From Callorhinchus milii (lineage: Eukaryota), in the NCBI RefSeq assembly GCF_018977255.1, contig NW_024704742.1:110362001-110422000 (forward strand): DNA of 60,000 bases, written 5' to 3'. The translations under genes were made by a program, and so were the position numbers. The stretch's first letter is position 1, and each line of letters begins with the position of its first letter. This document shows positions 37,158 through 50,019 of the stretch, piece by piece. The notes beneath the pieces were generated by a model. It saw nothing but the letters and a program-made list of their open reading frames with translations. It did not search any database and was not told the origin of the DNA.

Positions 37158-39631
37158 CAAGAAAAACAACAAAATGACATTTATAGAGTGCCTTTCACTT
37201 CGGGAGGATGTCCCGAAGCGCTGAACAGTCAGGTGTCAGGGGCCCGAGCATGGGGGAGGGGTGGTGTAGGGGTGAGGGAAGGTAAAGAGGTGGGAGGTAG
37301 ACCAAAGTCATGGTCGAAGAGAAGGGTCTTGAGACCAGCTTTGAAGGAGGCAAGGGAGGAAGCGAGGTGAAGGGACCATGGGATGGAATTCCAGAGTGTG
37401 GGGGCAGAGAGGCTGAAAGCCCGGCTTCTGATGGTAGGTCGGGTCGGGCGGGAGCCATGGAGCAGGCCGGAGCCCAATGAACGGAGGGAGTGGGCAGGTT
37501 GGTGGGGAGTCAGCAGGTCAGAGAGGTAGGAGGGGGCAAGGCCATGGATGGCCTTAAAGGTGAAGATGAGGATCTTGAACTCGATGCTCTGGGGGATGGG
37601 GAGCCGGACGAGGGTGGGAGTGATGGGGTCATGGAGCCTAGTGAGTGTACATGAGCTGCAGAGTTTTGGATGATCTGTAGCTTGTGAAGGGAAGAGTTGG
37701 GAATGTCGGAGGAAGGAGTTCCCGTAATCAAGCCTTGTGGTGACGAATGCATGGGTGAGGGTTTCGGCAGCCTGAGGGGTGAGACAGTGGCGGAGTCTGG
37801 CAATGTTGCGGAGGTGGTGGTAGGCAGTGCCGGTGATGGCGTGGATGTGGGGGAGAAAGGACAGTTCAGAGTCAAACAAGATATCCAGGTTCCTGACTGG
37901 CTTAGTGAAGTTGAGTGTGCAGCCGTGGAGGCTGATGTTGCCTGAGGTGCGGAGGCGCTGGTGCGAGCCAGTCAGGAAGACCTCAGTCTTGCTGACGTTG
38001 AGTTGGAGAAAGTTATCCCTTGTTCAGGACTTGATGTCGGACAGGCAGTCGGTCAGGACGCCATTAGTCTTGGAGTTCAGGGTGGAGGCAGAGAGGTAGA
38101 GTTGGGTGTCATCCGCATACATGTGGAAATTTACCCCATGTTTGCCGATGACATCACCAAGGGGGAGCATGTAGAGAGTGAAGAGGAGGGGACTGAGGAC
38201 AGAGCCCTGAGGAACACCGCACGAGACAGTACAGGGGCTGGAGGAGAAGCCGTTTGCCGTGACGAAGTGGAGGCGGTATGGAAGGTAGGACCTGGCCAGT
38301 CAACAACAGAACCTTGAAGGTTGAGGTGGGAGGAGAGGGGGTGGAGGAGGATTGAGTGGTCCATGGTGTCAAAGGCGGCGGAGCGGTCGAGGAGGCAGAG
38401 GGAGCCCTGGTCACACATGGTCAGGATGTCATTTGTGACCTTGACCAGAGCAGTTTCCGTGCTGTGGGCAGCAGGATAACCCAATTGGAGGGGTTCACGG
38501 AGGGAGTGAGAGGAAAGAATGAAGCTGGGAGGCAACAGCTCTCTCAAAGACCTTGGATAGGAGATGGGCTGGTAGCTGGATAGCTGTGATGGGTCAAGGG
38601 AAGGTTTCTTCAAGATGGGGGTAATAGTGGCTGTTTTGAGGGGGGAAGGCACAGTGCCAGATGATGGTTAATGATGTCGGCAAGTAGTGGGGCAAGGAGG
38701 TGGAGCTGAGATTTAACGAGAGGGGTAGGGATGGGGTCAAGGGAGCAGGTAGTGGACTTCATGGAGGTTACTGTGTTGAAGACAGAGGAGGGGTTGACAG
38801 GTTCAAAGGTGTGGAAGGAGGGATGGATAATTGTCGGATGGGTAATTGTGTGGGGTGGGTGTAGGGAGGGGTTGTAAGTTGGGAGGGCAGTGGCAGCTGA
38901 ACGAATTCCCTCGATTTTGGACTTGAGGAAGTCCAGCATTTTCTTGCAGTGAGAGTCAGAGGAAAGTATCTGTGAGGCATGTCGGGGAGGGTGGAGGAGC
39001 CGGTTAGTGGTGGAGAACAGGAGCCTGGGATTGCCTTTCACCTCTAGGATTACCTGGTGTAGAAGGATGCTGAGGCGAGAATGGAGTGGTAGGTCTTGAT
39101 GAGGTCCAGCCAGAGGTGGCAGTGGACCATTAGGCCTGGCCCTTAAACAAGTGGAGGTGGCTGGTGAACCAGGGTGAGGATCGGGAATAGGAGGCAGGAG
39201 GTGAGGGGGGCAAGGATGTGGTGGAGAGGGTGCTGTGGAGAAGAGTGAGTGCAGCGAGTGGGTTGTTGCGAGAGGTGGGCCAGAGGGGGAGGAGATCAGA
39301 GGACTCCAGGGCAGTGGAGAGGGATTGCGGGGAGATCTTCTTCCACGGGCGGTAGAAGATGGTGGTAGGTTTGGAGGCAGTGGGGAGAGGGATATTGGAG
39401 TTGAGGGAGATGAAAAGTTGGTCAGAGATGGCCTTGTCAGTGATGGTGACATCCGAGATGCTGAGGCCCCGGGTGATCACCAGGTCGAGCGGGTGACTAT
39501 TGGTATGGGTAGCAGAGTGGATGTGGAGGGAGAGGTTGAGAGAGGAGAGAGGAGAAGTCTGAGGAGATGGAGCAGGAGGGGGTGAAGTGGAGGTTGAAGT
39601 TGCCTAGGATTCTGAGGGGTCGGAGCAGAGG
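37158..39631 (-). mobile_element. L2 LINE, about 2.5 kb, disrupted ORF2 with RT domain, inserted in the CR1 endonuclease
   Basis: [52 protein letters not shown] (about 38100-38130), HAFVTTRLDY; (GTT)n-type tail at 37158-37172. Confidence 0.95.
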
Positions 39632-39632
39632 C

Positions 39633-40172
39633 AAGGAGGGGGGTGGCAATATTGATTAAATACATGGTTATGACCTTGGAAAGGACGATGTGCTAGAGGG
39701 TCCAAAAACAGAATCTATTTGGATGGAGTTAAGTTGCAGAAAAGGAGCTGTTACTCTGTTAGGTATGCTAAATATATATTATATTTACTGTAGTTAGTGT
39801 ATACTATAGACCACCAAATAGTGGGAAGGAGATAGATGAGCAAATCTGCAAGCAGACTTCAGAAAGATGCAAAACCAATAGAGTAGTGATATCGGGGGAC
39901 TTCAATTATCCTAACATAGACTGGCAAAATAACAGTGTAAAGGGCGAGGAAGAGGAAGGATTCCTGAAATATGTTTAGGATAACTTTCTGGATCAATATG
40001 TTTCCAGCCAAACTAGGAAGGAAGCAGTGCTGGATCTAGTTCTGGGGGAATGAAGTGGGGGCAAGTGGAACGGATTTCAGTAGGAGAGCACCTGAACAAC
40101 AGTGATCACAACATCATTAGGTTTAGAGTACTTATGGAAAGGGACAAGGAACGATCAAAGGTGAAAATACTC
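39633..40172 (+). pseudogene. CR1 ORF2 APE endonuclease, C-terminal part
   Basis: GGGVAILIK, ESIWMEL, VYYRPPN, GDFNYPNIDW, VLDLVL, SDHNIIRF. Confidence 0.88.
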
Positions 40173-41616
40173 TACTGAGATCCTACAGGGAGAGTATCAG
40201 AAGCTAGGGAAAAAACTAAAGAGTAGGAACTCAAAGGTGGTGATCTCTGGATTACTCCCAGTGCCTTGTGGGTTAAATTTAAATTTAAAGGTACCGAGCC
40301 AAAGTGGACTGGAAAGAAAGATTGGCAGATAAAATGGCTAACAAGCAATGGGAAGCCTTCAAGGAGGAGATAGTTTGGGGACAGGTAGATAAAGCTGTTT
40401 TTAAAAAAAAAGCATATGGGATATTTGACTTTATAAATAGGATCATGGGATAGAAAAGTCAGGAAGTTATGATGAAACTTTATAAAACACTGGTTAGGCC
40501 TCAGGTAGAGTACTGTATTCAGTTGTGGGCACCACACTTTAGGAAGGATGTTAAGGCATAGGAGGGTGTGCAAAGGAGGTTTACCAGGATGGCACTAGGA
40601 ATGAGGGACTTCAGTTATCAGGAGAGGCTAGACAAGCTAGGATTATTCTCCTTGGGCAGAGAAGGTTAAGAGGAGACTTAATAGAAGTTTTCAAAATTAT
40701 GAGGGGATTCGATAGGGCGAACAAGGAGAAACTACTTCCACTGGTGGGTGGATACCGATTTAAAATAGTTCTTAAAAGAAACAGAGGCGAGGTGAAGAAA
40801 AATGTTTTCACACAGCGAGTTGCTTGGATCTGGAATGCATCGCCTGAAAGGGTAGTGGAAGCCGACTCAATAACAACTTTTAAGAGAGAAGTAGATAATT
40901 ATTTGGGGAGGAGAAGTTTGCAGTACTATGGGGAGAGAGCGGGGTAGTGGGATTGATTTGGATAGCTCCTTTCAAAGACCTGGCACAGACATGATGGGCC
41001 GAATGGCCTCTTTCTGTGCTGTATAATTCTGTGATTCTATTCTCAAGTAAAACAGCTAAAATGGTGGGGAATCCAAAGTGAGAGTCAATGAGCCAAGGAG
41101 AAGACAATCATTGGAAAGAGGAGAAAGGACGAGCGTGATGTGGAAGCAAAAGGCCCAAGTGTGTAGCAATTGTTAAGTTTGGCTTTAACTATCGCCACCA
41201 CAGAGTGCCCCGGAAGACCTTTGTACATTTCCGCACATTGTTCCAAAAAATAAACTATAGTTTATTTTATTATGACAGACAGAAATTTAAGATATTATAA
41301 TCCAAGTGACATCCTTTGCAGTGCAGACAAACCCTGGTAGCTATTATGCCTTGGTTTAAAAGTTTCAGACTTGGCTGCTCCTAGCTGTACCAGGGTCTAA
41401 GCCAACCTGAAAACTCACTGATGCAGTGCCAAGATTGTATTTGTGCTAGAAGTTCTCAGTATCTGACAGGCATTATGCATAAGGTTTAGTACAGAGGAGC
41501 AATAGCTGATGATTGAATCAAGCTGTATATAAAAAATGGAGTCATTAATTCCAGTGTTTAAAAATATTGTTTCCGATAAATGAACCATTTGAAAAGAGCA
41601 GTGTGCATTATACATT

Positions 41617-41941
41617 TAATAATAATAATAATAATAATCCTTGCATTTGATATAGCGCTTTTCACGTCGGGAGGACGTCCCAAAGCGCTTCACAGAATAT
41701 ACTGTAAAGTGAATTGACTGTATATTTGTGGGCGAACGCGGCAGCCAATTGCGCACAGCAATGTCCCACAAACAGTCGTAGATTAAAAATGACCAATTTA
41801 TTATTGTTTTGGGTTTTTTGGAGGGATTATTATTAGGCGTGTGGAGTAAGGAAACTTGCCCAAGGTTTCGCCCTGCCTGGAATTGGACCCAGGTGTCTTG
41901 CTTGCAAAGCAAGTGCTCTAACCACTGAGCTACAGGACTCC
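41617..41941 (-). mobile_element. tRNA-Ala-derived SINE, full length
   Basis: rc ggagtcctgtagctcagtggttagagcacttgctttgcaagc..gggtccaattcc; the tail gcgctttgggacgtcctcccgacgtgaaaagcgctat closely matches the L2 3' end. Confidence 0.93.
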
Positions 41942-42204
41942 ACTTTGCTAAACACTCCTTATTTGCTCCTTCTGTGAAATGCATATGCCTTTGAACAGCT
42001 GAGGGCTGCTTTGTCCACCTGAGTGGGCCCATAATAAAACCTTAATGAATATTTAAATCTGATTATCCCACAATCATGTAATACAAGGTGTGTAAAAGGA
42101 AATACTAGGCATTGAACAATGTTTCAAACAGACATTATGAAAGACTGTTTCATGACTTATTCTACATGACTCAGAAGTCATTGGTTACCACCAGATAAAT
42201 ATAT

Positions 42205-42545
42205 TGTCAACCTGGAGCAGTTGGTGGCACACTAATGTCTGAGACAGGAGGTATTGGGTTCAAACCCCATGTTGGGACTTCAATCTCATAACGTCTAGCC
42301 TGACACTTCAATTCAGGACTGGATGGGAGTGTGCTGCATTGTTAGAGATACTGTCCTTCAGATGAGAAGTTGAACCAAGTTCCCATTTGGTGGGCTTTAA
42401 ATATTCCAATGGCACGATTTGAAAAGAGAAGGGAGTTTCTCTCAGCGTCCTGGCAAATAGTTTCCAAATAAAATTAGTTTGTGGGACATCGCTGTGTTGT
42501 GTGCTTTCAGTTGCAGTTTGATTCACACTACTGAAGTATAAACAT
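42205..42545 (+). mobile_element. Deu-domain SINE
   Basis: Head gggttcaaacccc; core ctagcctgacacttca..gtgctgcattgttagagatactgtccttcagatgaga..aatggcacgatttgaaaagagaagggagtt. Confidence 0.75.
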
Positions 42546-42586
42546 AATGTTGTGAACTGATATTGGTTTTGGTCTCCCCAAAGACC

Positions 42587-43143
42587 TCTTGTCGGCCTCC
42601 CTAACTCCTCCCTCGATAGGTTGCATATCATCCAGAACTCTGCAGCCCCTGTCCTTTCCCGCACCAGGCTCTGTGACCCCACCATCCCCATCCATCAGTG
42701 GGACTCCACTGGCTTTCCATCACACAGAAGATACAGTTCAAGATCCTGGTCCTCATCTTCAAAGCCCTCCATGGCCTTGCTCCCCCCACCTCTGTAACCT
42801 TTTAACCGCCTACTAAACTGCTCGCTCCCTCCGCTCAGTGGATTCTGGCCTGCTTCACAACCCCCGCCTTGTCCGCCCCACCATTGTCAGACGGGCCCTC
42901 TGCTACTCTGTTCCCAACCTCTGGAACTCCATCCCACAGTCCCTCTGCATCGCCCCTTCCCTTGTCTCCTTCAAGACCAGTCTCAAGACCCTCCTCTTTG
43001 ACCGTGTCTTCAGTCACCTTCCTTCCCCCACTCCACCCTCCCTGATCCCGAACCCCAGCTTGGGTCCGAAACACTGATTGTCTAGCACCTTGGGATGTCC
43101 TCCCAACATGAAAGGTGCTATACAAATGTAATTTTGTTGTTAT
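42587..43143 (+). mobile_element. L2 LINE 3' fragment
   Basis: LHIIQNSAA, LWNSIPQSL, FKTSLKTLLF; tail gtgctatacaaatgtaattttgttgtt. Confidence 0.9.
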
Positions 43144-44167
43144 TGAGAGATTCACTGATCTGTTTTTTAATAATCTTGAAGCTCTATTTTATTTTTAACA
43201 CCTCTCATCAATGCCAGTGGGGAGCATAACTAATGTTTCTCTCTCTGCACCACTTCAGTTGTGGAAGTAAAGCCCTTTGCAGTGGTATAAACGAGGCATA
43301 AAAGTAACAAAAAGGACAGTCATTATTGTTCTTCTCAGTCGTATCTTAGTCAGTCCTTCTAGGAGATGCGACACCCAGGAATAAGGTGCTTCATAAACGG
43401 AATGAACGTGATAGAATGGCAGAGTCTGCTTTAGCCAAATTGAATTGCAGCTCCCATTGACTTGGACTAAAGAACCACCTTTAGATCTGAATGGTGCATT
43501 TCTGCTCCAGTGAATTAATTGTCTTTAACAGAAAATTATCTTTGCTTGGAATTGAACTCTCAGCAGATTTAATACCATTCCAGACAGGTACACGCTACTA
43601 AGTAAAGGGCAAAATGTATCTCCACTCAAATTACAGTGATGTAATTCATGCTCGTATTTTCTACCTGCACTCCCCAGGAGGAGGTATTTGGCCTCATCTC
43701 TCCCCAACGGCACAATGGAGATCAGGAATTGCCTGTGTAGAAGCTTAGATGCCAATCGACAACCAACCACACTGTGGCACAGCACAACAATACCACACCT
43801 TGTAACATGGTCCAAATAAATTTTCTGTAATTTTGAAGGCATGATTCCATGGTCTTCTCTCAGACTTGCACTGTCTCATTCAATTTTAGTAGGGAAGGTA
43901 AACTACAATTATTGACTGCAGTCCTGAAATCACTGGTTGGTGTGAAACTCATCAACCTAATAAGACTACCCTTTAACACTACTTCAATATAACAGGATAC
44001 AGAGCCTTACTGAAGCAGGTCATGTTTGAGCTCCAGTGTCAAACACAGGCCGTGTAAACAACCAAACAGCGATCCAATCTATCACTAAAGAGCTACTTTT
44101 ATCAATACGGTTCCAATACAATCAGTGAGATATGAGGTTGAACTGAGTTTATTTGAACTGAGCTCAA

Positions 44168-44310
44168 TTATTTGGGGAGGACAAGTTTGCAAAGTTATGC
44201 GGAGAGAGCGGGGGAGTGGGATTGAATTGGATAGCTCTTTTCAAAGAGCCGGCAAAGACACAATGGGCCGAATGGGCTCCTTCTGCGCTGTATAATTCTA
44301 TGATTCTATG
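44168..44310 (+). mobile_element. CR1 LINE 3' end (same subfamily as 40900-41042)
   Basis: Closely matches 40898-41040; ends attctatgattctatga. Confidence 0.9.
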
Positions 44311-45079
44311 AGCATGGATAGTAAAATACTTCACACAAAATTACCAGCAACTATTATACTGTACTCGCTCGTTTTACATGAACATTAAGGCAAAAACTGG
44401 CCAGGAAATTCTTAGTTGTAAGACATGATTCTATAAATAATATAAAAGGACATGGGGTTTGATGCAGATAGCAAGTGATCAGCAGCCCATGCACAATAAA
44501 CCAACAACCTCTAATGTGCTGAAAATATTCTATGATTCTACTATGCAGATATTGATGTAAGTAGTGAAATATAAAATGGAAATGTGCAGTGAAAGAGAAT
44601 TTACAGTTGAACGTATCAACATGTTACAAGAAATTCATTGCTTACCATAGTATGCAACAGTTTATGAGAGTCGAGGCCTGAATATTTTCAGCATTAAATT
44701 CCCTTTAAAAGAATACTGTACAAACAGCATATAGAAAATAACTCTGAGTCTAAGGTAATTTGGTTTGTTACTAACGTCCAATTGCTAAGCAGGCAATTAT
44801 ACAGATAAACCATTAATCCAGGATACATATTATGTTCAATATTTTAATAATATATACAATTAACCTGGGTTGGTTTGGTTCACTCTGGGATTGACAATGA
44901 CCTTCACTTGAAACCAATGCACTCCATGTTGTTAGGGCACACGTCTAGACTAAAAGATTGTGGCATAATCAATGAAAGGTTATTGAGTGATAATCAGCAT
45001 CTGATTGCTTCAGGTTACTCCAGACATTAGATTGTGTTCACTCAAAAAGGCTAGAATTCATTTGCTTTTGATAATATAA

Positions 45080-46070
45080 ATAATAATTCTTGTATTTGAT
45101 ATAGATAGCATCTTACCACATCATTGAAACAGCTCAAAGTGCTTCACAGTATTTTCACAGTGAAATGTAGTGACTGTATTTTGTATTTGTTTTGGTCAGC
45201 CTGACACATGGAAAAAAACACATCACCGTATTTAATAGTATCCAAACTAAACTGAGAGTTCCATGCAATCCAATTATACGTGGAAATTCCAGAGATATTT
45301 CTTAGAATGGAATGCATACTCTATCACTGGAGGAACGCTTCCTGCTTAACTAATCCAGAAAGTATTAAGCAAATCTGGCAGCCAGTTTGTGCAAAACAAA
45401 TGACCAATTTTATCTGGGGGATTGTTGGCAGGACCCTGGGAAAAAGTCCCTTCTCTTTTTGAATAGTTCCATGTGATCTTTAATGTCACACCTGAACAGG
45501 CAAATGGGACCTTGGTTTAACATCTGATCTGAAGGACAACAACTCCAGCATTGCAGCACTCCCTCAGCACTGCATTGGAGTCAGCTGACCTGCAGGAGCT
45601 ACAACTGGCTCCCTCCATACGGCGGGGTCTGGTCTGCTCCAGGTCTCCCGCCGACCCGCCCTACCATCGGTGGCCGGGCTTTCAGCCTCTCTGCCCCGAC
45701 ACTCTGGAAGTCCATCCCACGGTCCCTATGCCTCGCTTCCTCCCTTGCCTCCTTCAAGGCCGGTCTCAAGATGCTTCTCTTCGATCGTGCCTTTGGTCGC
45801 CCTCCCACCTCTCTGCCTTCCCTCACCCCTGCACCACCCCTCCCTCATACTCGGATGCCAACACCTGACTGTTCAGCGCTATGGGATGTCCTCCCGACTT
45901 GGAAGACGCTCTATAAATGTAATTTTGTTGTTGTTGGAAAGTCAGCAAAGACTGTGAGCTGAAATCCCGACATGGGCTTGAACCCACCACTATCTGACTC
46001 CTGGAATTGATCTGAGACTTGGAACAGGCTCAGAACGTAGTGAAAAGAATGCTACCAACTGAACAAGTTC
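45080..46070 (-). mobile_element. Deu-domain SINE split by an L2 insertion
   Basis: Core at 45400-45586 (gaatagttccatgtgatctttaatgtc..cagcactccctcagcactgcattggagtcagc); head resumes at 45940-46070 (gggcttgaacccac..gaatgctaccaactga). Confidence 0.7.
45611..45935 (+). mobile_element. L2 LINE 3' end
   Basis: ccgccctaccatcggtggccgggctttcagcc..acgctctataaatgtaattttgttgttgtt. Confidence 0.9.
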
Positions 46071-46084
46071 CATATCTCAGCTCC

Positions 46085-46455
46085 AGTCCAGAATCAATCC
46101 CCAGTCTGAAGAGGCAGCTGATTTCACCTGCAGGAGCTACAACTGGCTTCAGTCATCAGGGCTGGGGAGGGAAAAACAAGCAAAAGCTCCCAAACTGATG
46201 ACTAACCAGTCCTCCTGATGAAAACTGCATGTATGAACCCTGGATGACAAGATAGAGATTGACTGTGATTCATCCTTCCCATACTGCCCCATTGCCCCTG
46301 TCCCACCACCACTGACAACAATTGTCCAGAATAATAAGTACGGACACTTGGGCGAGGTACCAGAGGCTTGTTGTTAACCGCAGAAATGTACCACAGTATG
46401 AGTCAACGCCTTTGGGTGTGGGGGTTGGAGGGCAGTGGAGTGGGGAAATCTCCAC
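46085..46455 (+). mobile_element. Ancient SINE-like repeat (unnamed family, copy 4)
   Basis: ctacaactggcttcagtcatcagggctggggagggaaaaa..cacttgggcgaggtaccagagg..gtatgagtcaacgccttt. Confidence 0.6.
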
Positions 46456-47849
46456 TTCATGTTATAGAACAGATTGTTACAGTAATAGCAAAGTGTAATT
46501 CTAGGCCATCCATATACACACAACAGACACTGCCAGGAGCCCTGCTGCTCACATCATACAGGAAGTGCTGGGCTCTTATTATTTCCTTATGTGACAGAAC
46601 TGCAGCTGACTCTGACTCAAAACGTGTGTCCTTATATTTCCTGACAGTGCCACGGATTTGTTCATGGTGAAGAGGGCAGCAGCAACTCATCTCTTTTGAC
46701 ACTGGGATCATTAAATTTTTGTCACCCACCACATGTAACAGCTCCGCGGCCAGATGATACACAGTCCTTACTAATGGGACCAGCGTGACAAACAAGAGCT
46801 CTGCTCCAGGCAGTCTAAAGGATGTGTTGGTGTTGCTACTGGCAAAAGGCTGGCTACTGAAGTCGCACATTCACACATGCTAATGATGACCTGGAACACT
46901 GTGAACTGTGCATGATTTCCAGCCATAATGTTGGCTGCGCAGACCCACATTAATTGATTTTCCTCAATAACATCATAGGCCATTGTGAGCTTCCCCCAGA
47001 CGTTGTTATCCTCCTAACCTTTGAAGTCATAATGTCACAAGCTGGTGACATTTTTCAGTACAACTAGCTGTCGAGGAAACAATATTAAAGGTGCTGATCG
47101 CTTGTTACAGGAGAGAATAATCCAAAAATGTACAGATTACCAAATTTAAAAGGCAATACAGGCACTCTGGGGACTATTATAAAGCCAGCTGCAATTGCCC
47201 AACACAGAATTATCTGACTCTATATAATAGCTTTGCCTCAGATATCATTAAGAAAATTAACACATGCTTCAATCCAATATTGTTTGTTTGTTTGGAAGGA
47301 GAAAGATCCTGACACTCACTGACTAGGTTTAACCATGTAAAATGATTACTTGGATGGCATACTGGAGGAAAGCCAATCATGTGGAATCATGCCCATTCTA
47401 CTAGGTGTTTGTGTGTGTGTGGGGGGGATTCATAGAATGGTTACCATCACACTCTGCAATTTGTGTTTAATGCCCAGAATATACATGCCTCCTGTTATTC
47501 AGCCCAGCAGCCCAACCAGTATATGGACAACAGAGGCTCAGAGAAAGAGAAAATGGGGAGAAAATTTAACGGGCAACAAAAGAGAGGAAATGCCAATGTT
47601 TTAATACATTAGTGTTTATCATGGACCAATTGCTAACACTAACAATCTTTTGTTACGCGTGTATAATGGAAAATCCTATCATTGTGCTGATCCCTTGGTA
47701 TGCAGTTACTATTTGAAGAAGCACAGAATGTGCTGCTGTTTGTTTATAGAACACAATTGGTTTAATCAGACTCAGTTTGTTGAAGTTCTTATTGATTGAC
47801 ATATTCACCATGCTTACGTAATATCAATGTTCAGTCTATAATGTTCCTC

Positions 47850-49890
47850 AAAAAACCTTCCCTAGAGCTATCCCTACTCACTCTCAAATTACCACCCCAT
47901 CTCCAAACTCCCTTCCATTTCTCAGGTACTTGAACAAGTCGTTGCTTCTCAGCTTTGCTCCTTCCTCTCCCACCACTTCCTATATGAACCCATTCAATTG
48001 GGTCTCTTTGCTGCCCACAGCACAGAAGCAGACTTGGTCAATGTCACATATGACATTTTATCGATCTCTGACCAGGACTCCCTTTGTCTCCTCGTCCTCC
48101 TTGACCTCTCTATCTTCCTTCACTGCCTCTCCTTTCACCTCAACCTTCATGAGTGGCTCAGATCCTACCAATCACACCGTCTCCCCACTTTGTCTCCACA
48201 AACTACGTCTCCTCAAGTGCCCTCATAGTCTCATGTGGGGTTTCTCAGGTTTCTGGGCTTAGTCCTCTTCTCTTCAACATGTACATGCTCCCTCTTGCTT
48301 CGTGACCACATCACCAGACTACGGCACTACCTCACCCCTCACGCTGCTGAAACTCTGATCCATGCCTTTATCACCTCAAGGCTGGACTATGGGAACTCTC
48401 TCCTCGCCGGCCTTCCCTGTACCTCCCTCCACAAGCTGCAGGTCATTCAGAACTCTGCAGCTCGTGTAGTGTACCGCACCAGGCTTCGCGACCACATCAC
48501 CCCCACCCTCGCTCGCCTCCACTGGCTTCCCATCCCCCAGAGGATCGAATTCAAGATCCTCATCCTCACCTACAAGGCCATTCACGGCCTTGCTCCCTCC
48601 TACCTCTCCGACCTACTATCCCCCTACCTACCTGCCCGTACCCACCGTTCCTCTGGCTCCGGTCTGCTCCACATCCCCCGCCCCAACCGCCCTACCATCG
48701 GTGGCCGGGCCTTCAGCCTCTCAGCCCCTAGGCTCTGGAACTCTATCCCCCAGTGTCTTCGCCTTGCTTCCTCCCTTTCCTCCTTCAAGGCCGGTCTCAA
48801 GACCTTTCTCTTTGACCGTGCCTTCAGCTCCCCTCTCAACTCTCTACCCCCTCCTTGCCCCTCTCTTCCCTCCCCTCACCCTGACCATTTCCCCCCTGCT
48901 TGGGTCCTGACCCAACTGTCCAGCACTTTGGGACATCCTCCTGACGTGAAAGGCGCTCTATAAATGGAATCTTGTTGTTGTTGTGGTTGATATCATCTGC
49001 AGACATGGGGTTAACTTCCACATGTATGCTGATGACAACCAACTCTATCTCGCTGCCTTCACCCTCGACTCCAGGACCACTGCTGTCCTAACAGAATGTC
49101 TGTCAGACAGCAAGTCCTGGATGAGAGCTATCATTTTACAGTTGACCCTCCAGATTGGCTTCCATCAGTACCTCCACACCTCAGGTACTGGCAGCATCAC
49201 CATCCATAGATGCACAGTCAACCTCACTGAGCCAGTCCGGAACCTTGGCATCTTGTTTGACCCTCTACTCTCCTTTCTACCCCACATCCGTGTGATGATG
49301 CGCTCTCCCTTCCCCCACCTTTGCAACATTGCCCGGCTCCGCCACTGCCTCACCCCTCATCACATCTAGGCTCAACTACGCCAAATCCCTGCTTGTCAGC
49401 CTTCCCAACTCTTCCCTCCACAAGCTGCAGATCATCCAGAACTCTGCAGCTTTGGTCCTGTCCCACACCAGACTCCATGACCCTAACACCCTCACCCTAG
49501 CCTGGCTCCCCATCCCCCAAAAGATAGAGTTCAAAATCCTCACCGTCGAGGCCCTCCACTGTCTTGCTCCTTCCGACCTCTGTGACTTGCTAGCCCCATA
49601 TCAACCTATCCGATCTCTCCACTCAACAGGCTCCGGCCTGCTACACGTCCCCAAACCGGCCCACCCCACCATCTGCGCTTGGGCCTTTGGAACTCCATCC
49701 CACATTCGCTTCATCTTGTTCCCTCCGTTGCTTCCTTCAAGGCACATCTCAGGACCTTCCTCTTTAACCTGCACCCTCCCTTACCTCAATCCCGCAGCCC
49801 CTCCTGCTCGGGTCCAAATCTCTGACTGTCTAGAGTCTTGATATGTCCTACCTTCTTGAAAGGAGCTGCACAAATGTAATTTTGTATTCT
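47850..49890 (+). mobile_element. Older L2 LINE (RT to 3' end) interrupted by a younger L2
   Basis: AHSTEADLV, LLVLLDLS before the insert; resumes at 48985 with [24 protein letters not shown]; tail at about 49860-49890. Confidence 0.88.
48300..48983 (+). mobile_element. Young L2 LINE 3' fragment with open ORF2 C-terminus
   Basis: Uninterrupted frame AAETLIHAFITSRLDYGN..LHWLPI.QRIEFKIL..FKAGLKTFLF; tail ggcgctctataaatggaatcttgttgttgttg. Confidence 0.93.
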
Positions 49891-50019
49891 ATTGTATAAT
49901 CCATTTCTTGATCTAATACCATGAAAGATAACTTATTTTTAGACAAACATCACCAATTTCTGTATTTTTTGCATCGCTGTTATGTTCTGAATTACTCTCC
50001 ACTTTTGTTGTATTTTTCG

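Larger units (their letters stand above)
35165..41042 (+). mobile_element. Near full-length CR1 LINE, RT core deleted, with nested insertions
   Basis: 5'UTR repeats gagcagagagcccagca x3, ORF1, split APE endonuclease, ORF2 C-terminus (VMMKLYKTLVRPQVEYCIQLWAPHFRKDV..RRLRGDLIEVFKIMRG), 3' stem-loop gggccgaatggcct and attctgtgattcta tail. Confidence 0.92.

Noticed and set aside
38610..39452. 280-aa Pro/Ser-rich ORF
   Set aside because: Frameshifted mosaic of L2 ORF2 reading frames.
46457..46870. 137-aa minus ORF in unique DNA
   Set aside because: No recognisable motif or convincing splice sites; length is plausible by chance.
48235..48963. 242-aa ORF as a functional CDS
   Set aside because: C-terminus of L2 ORF2 from a 5'-truncated young copy; no RT or endonuclease in frame.
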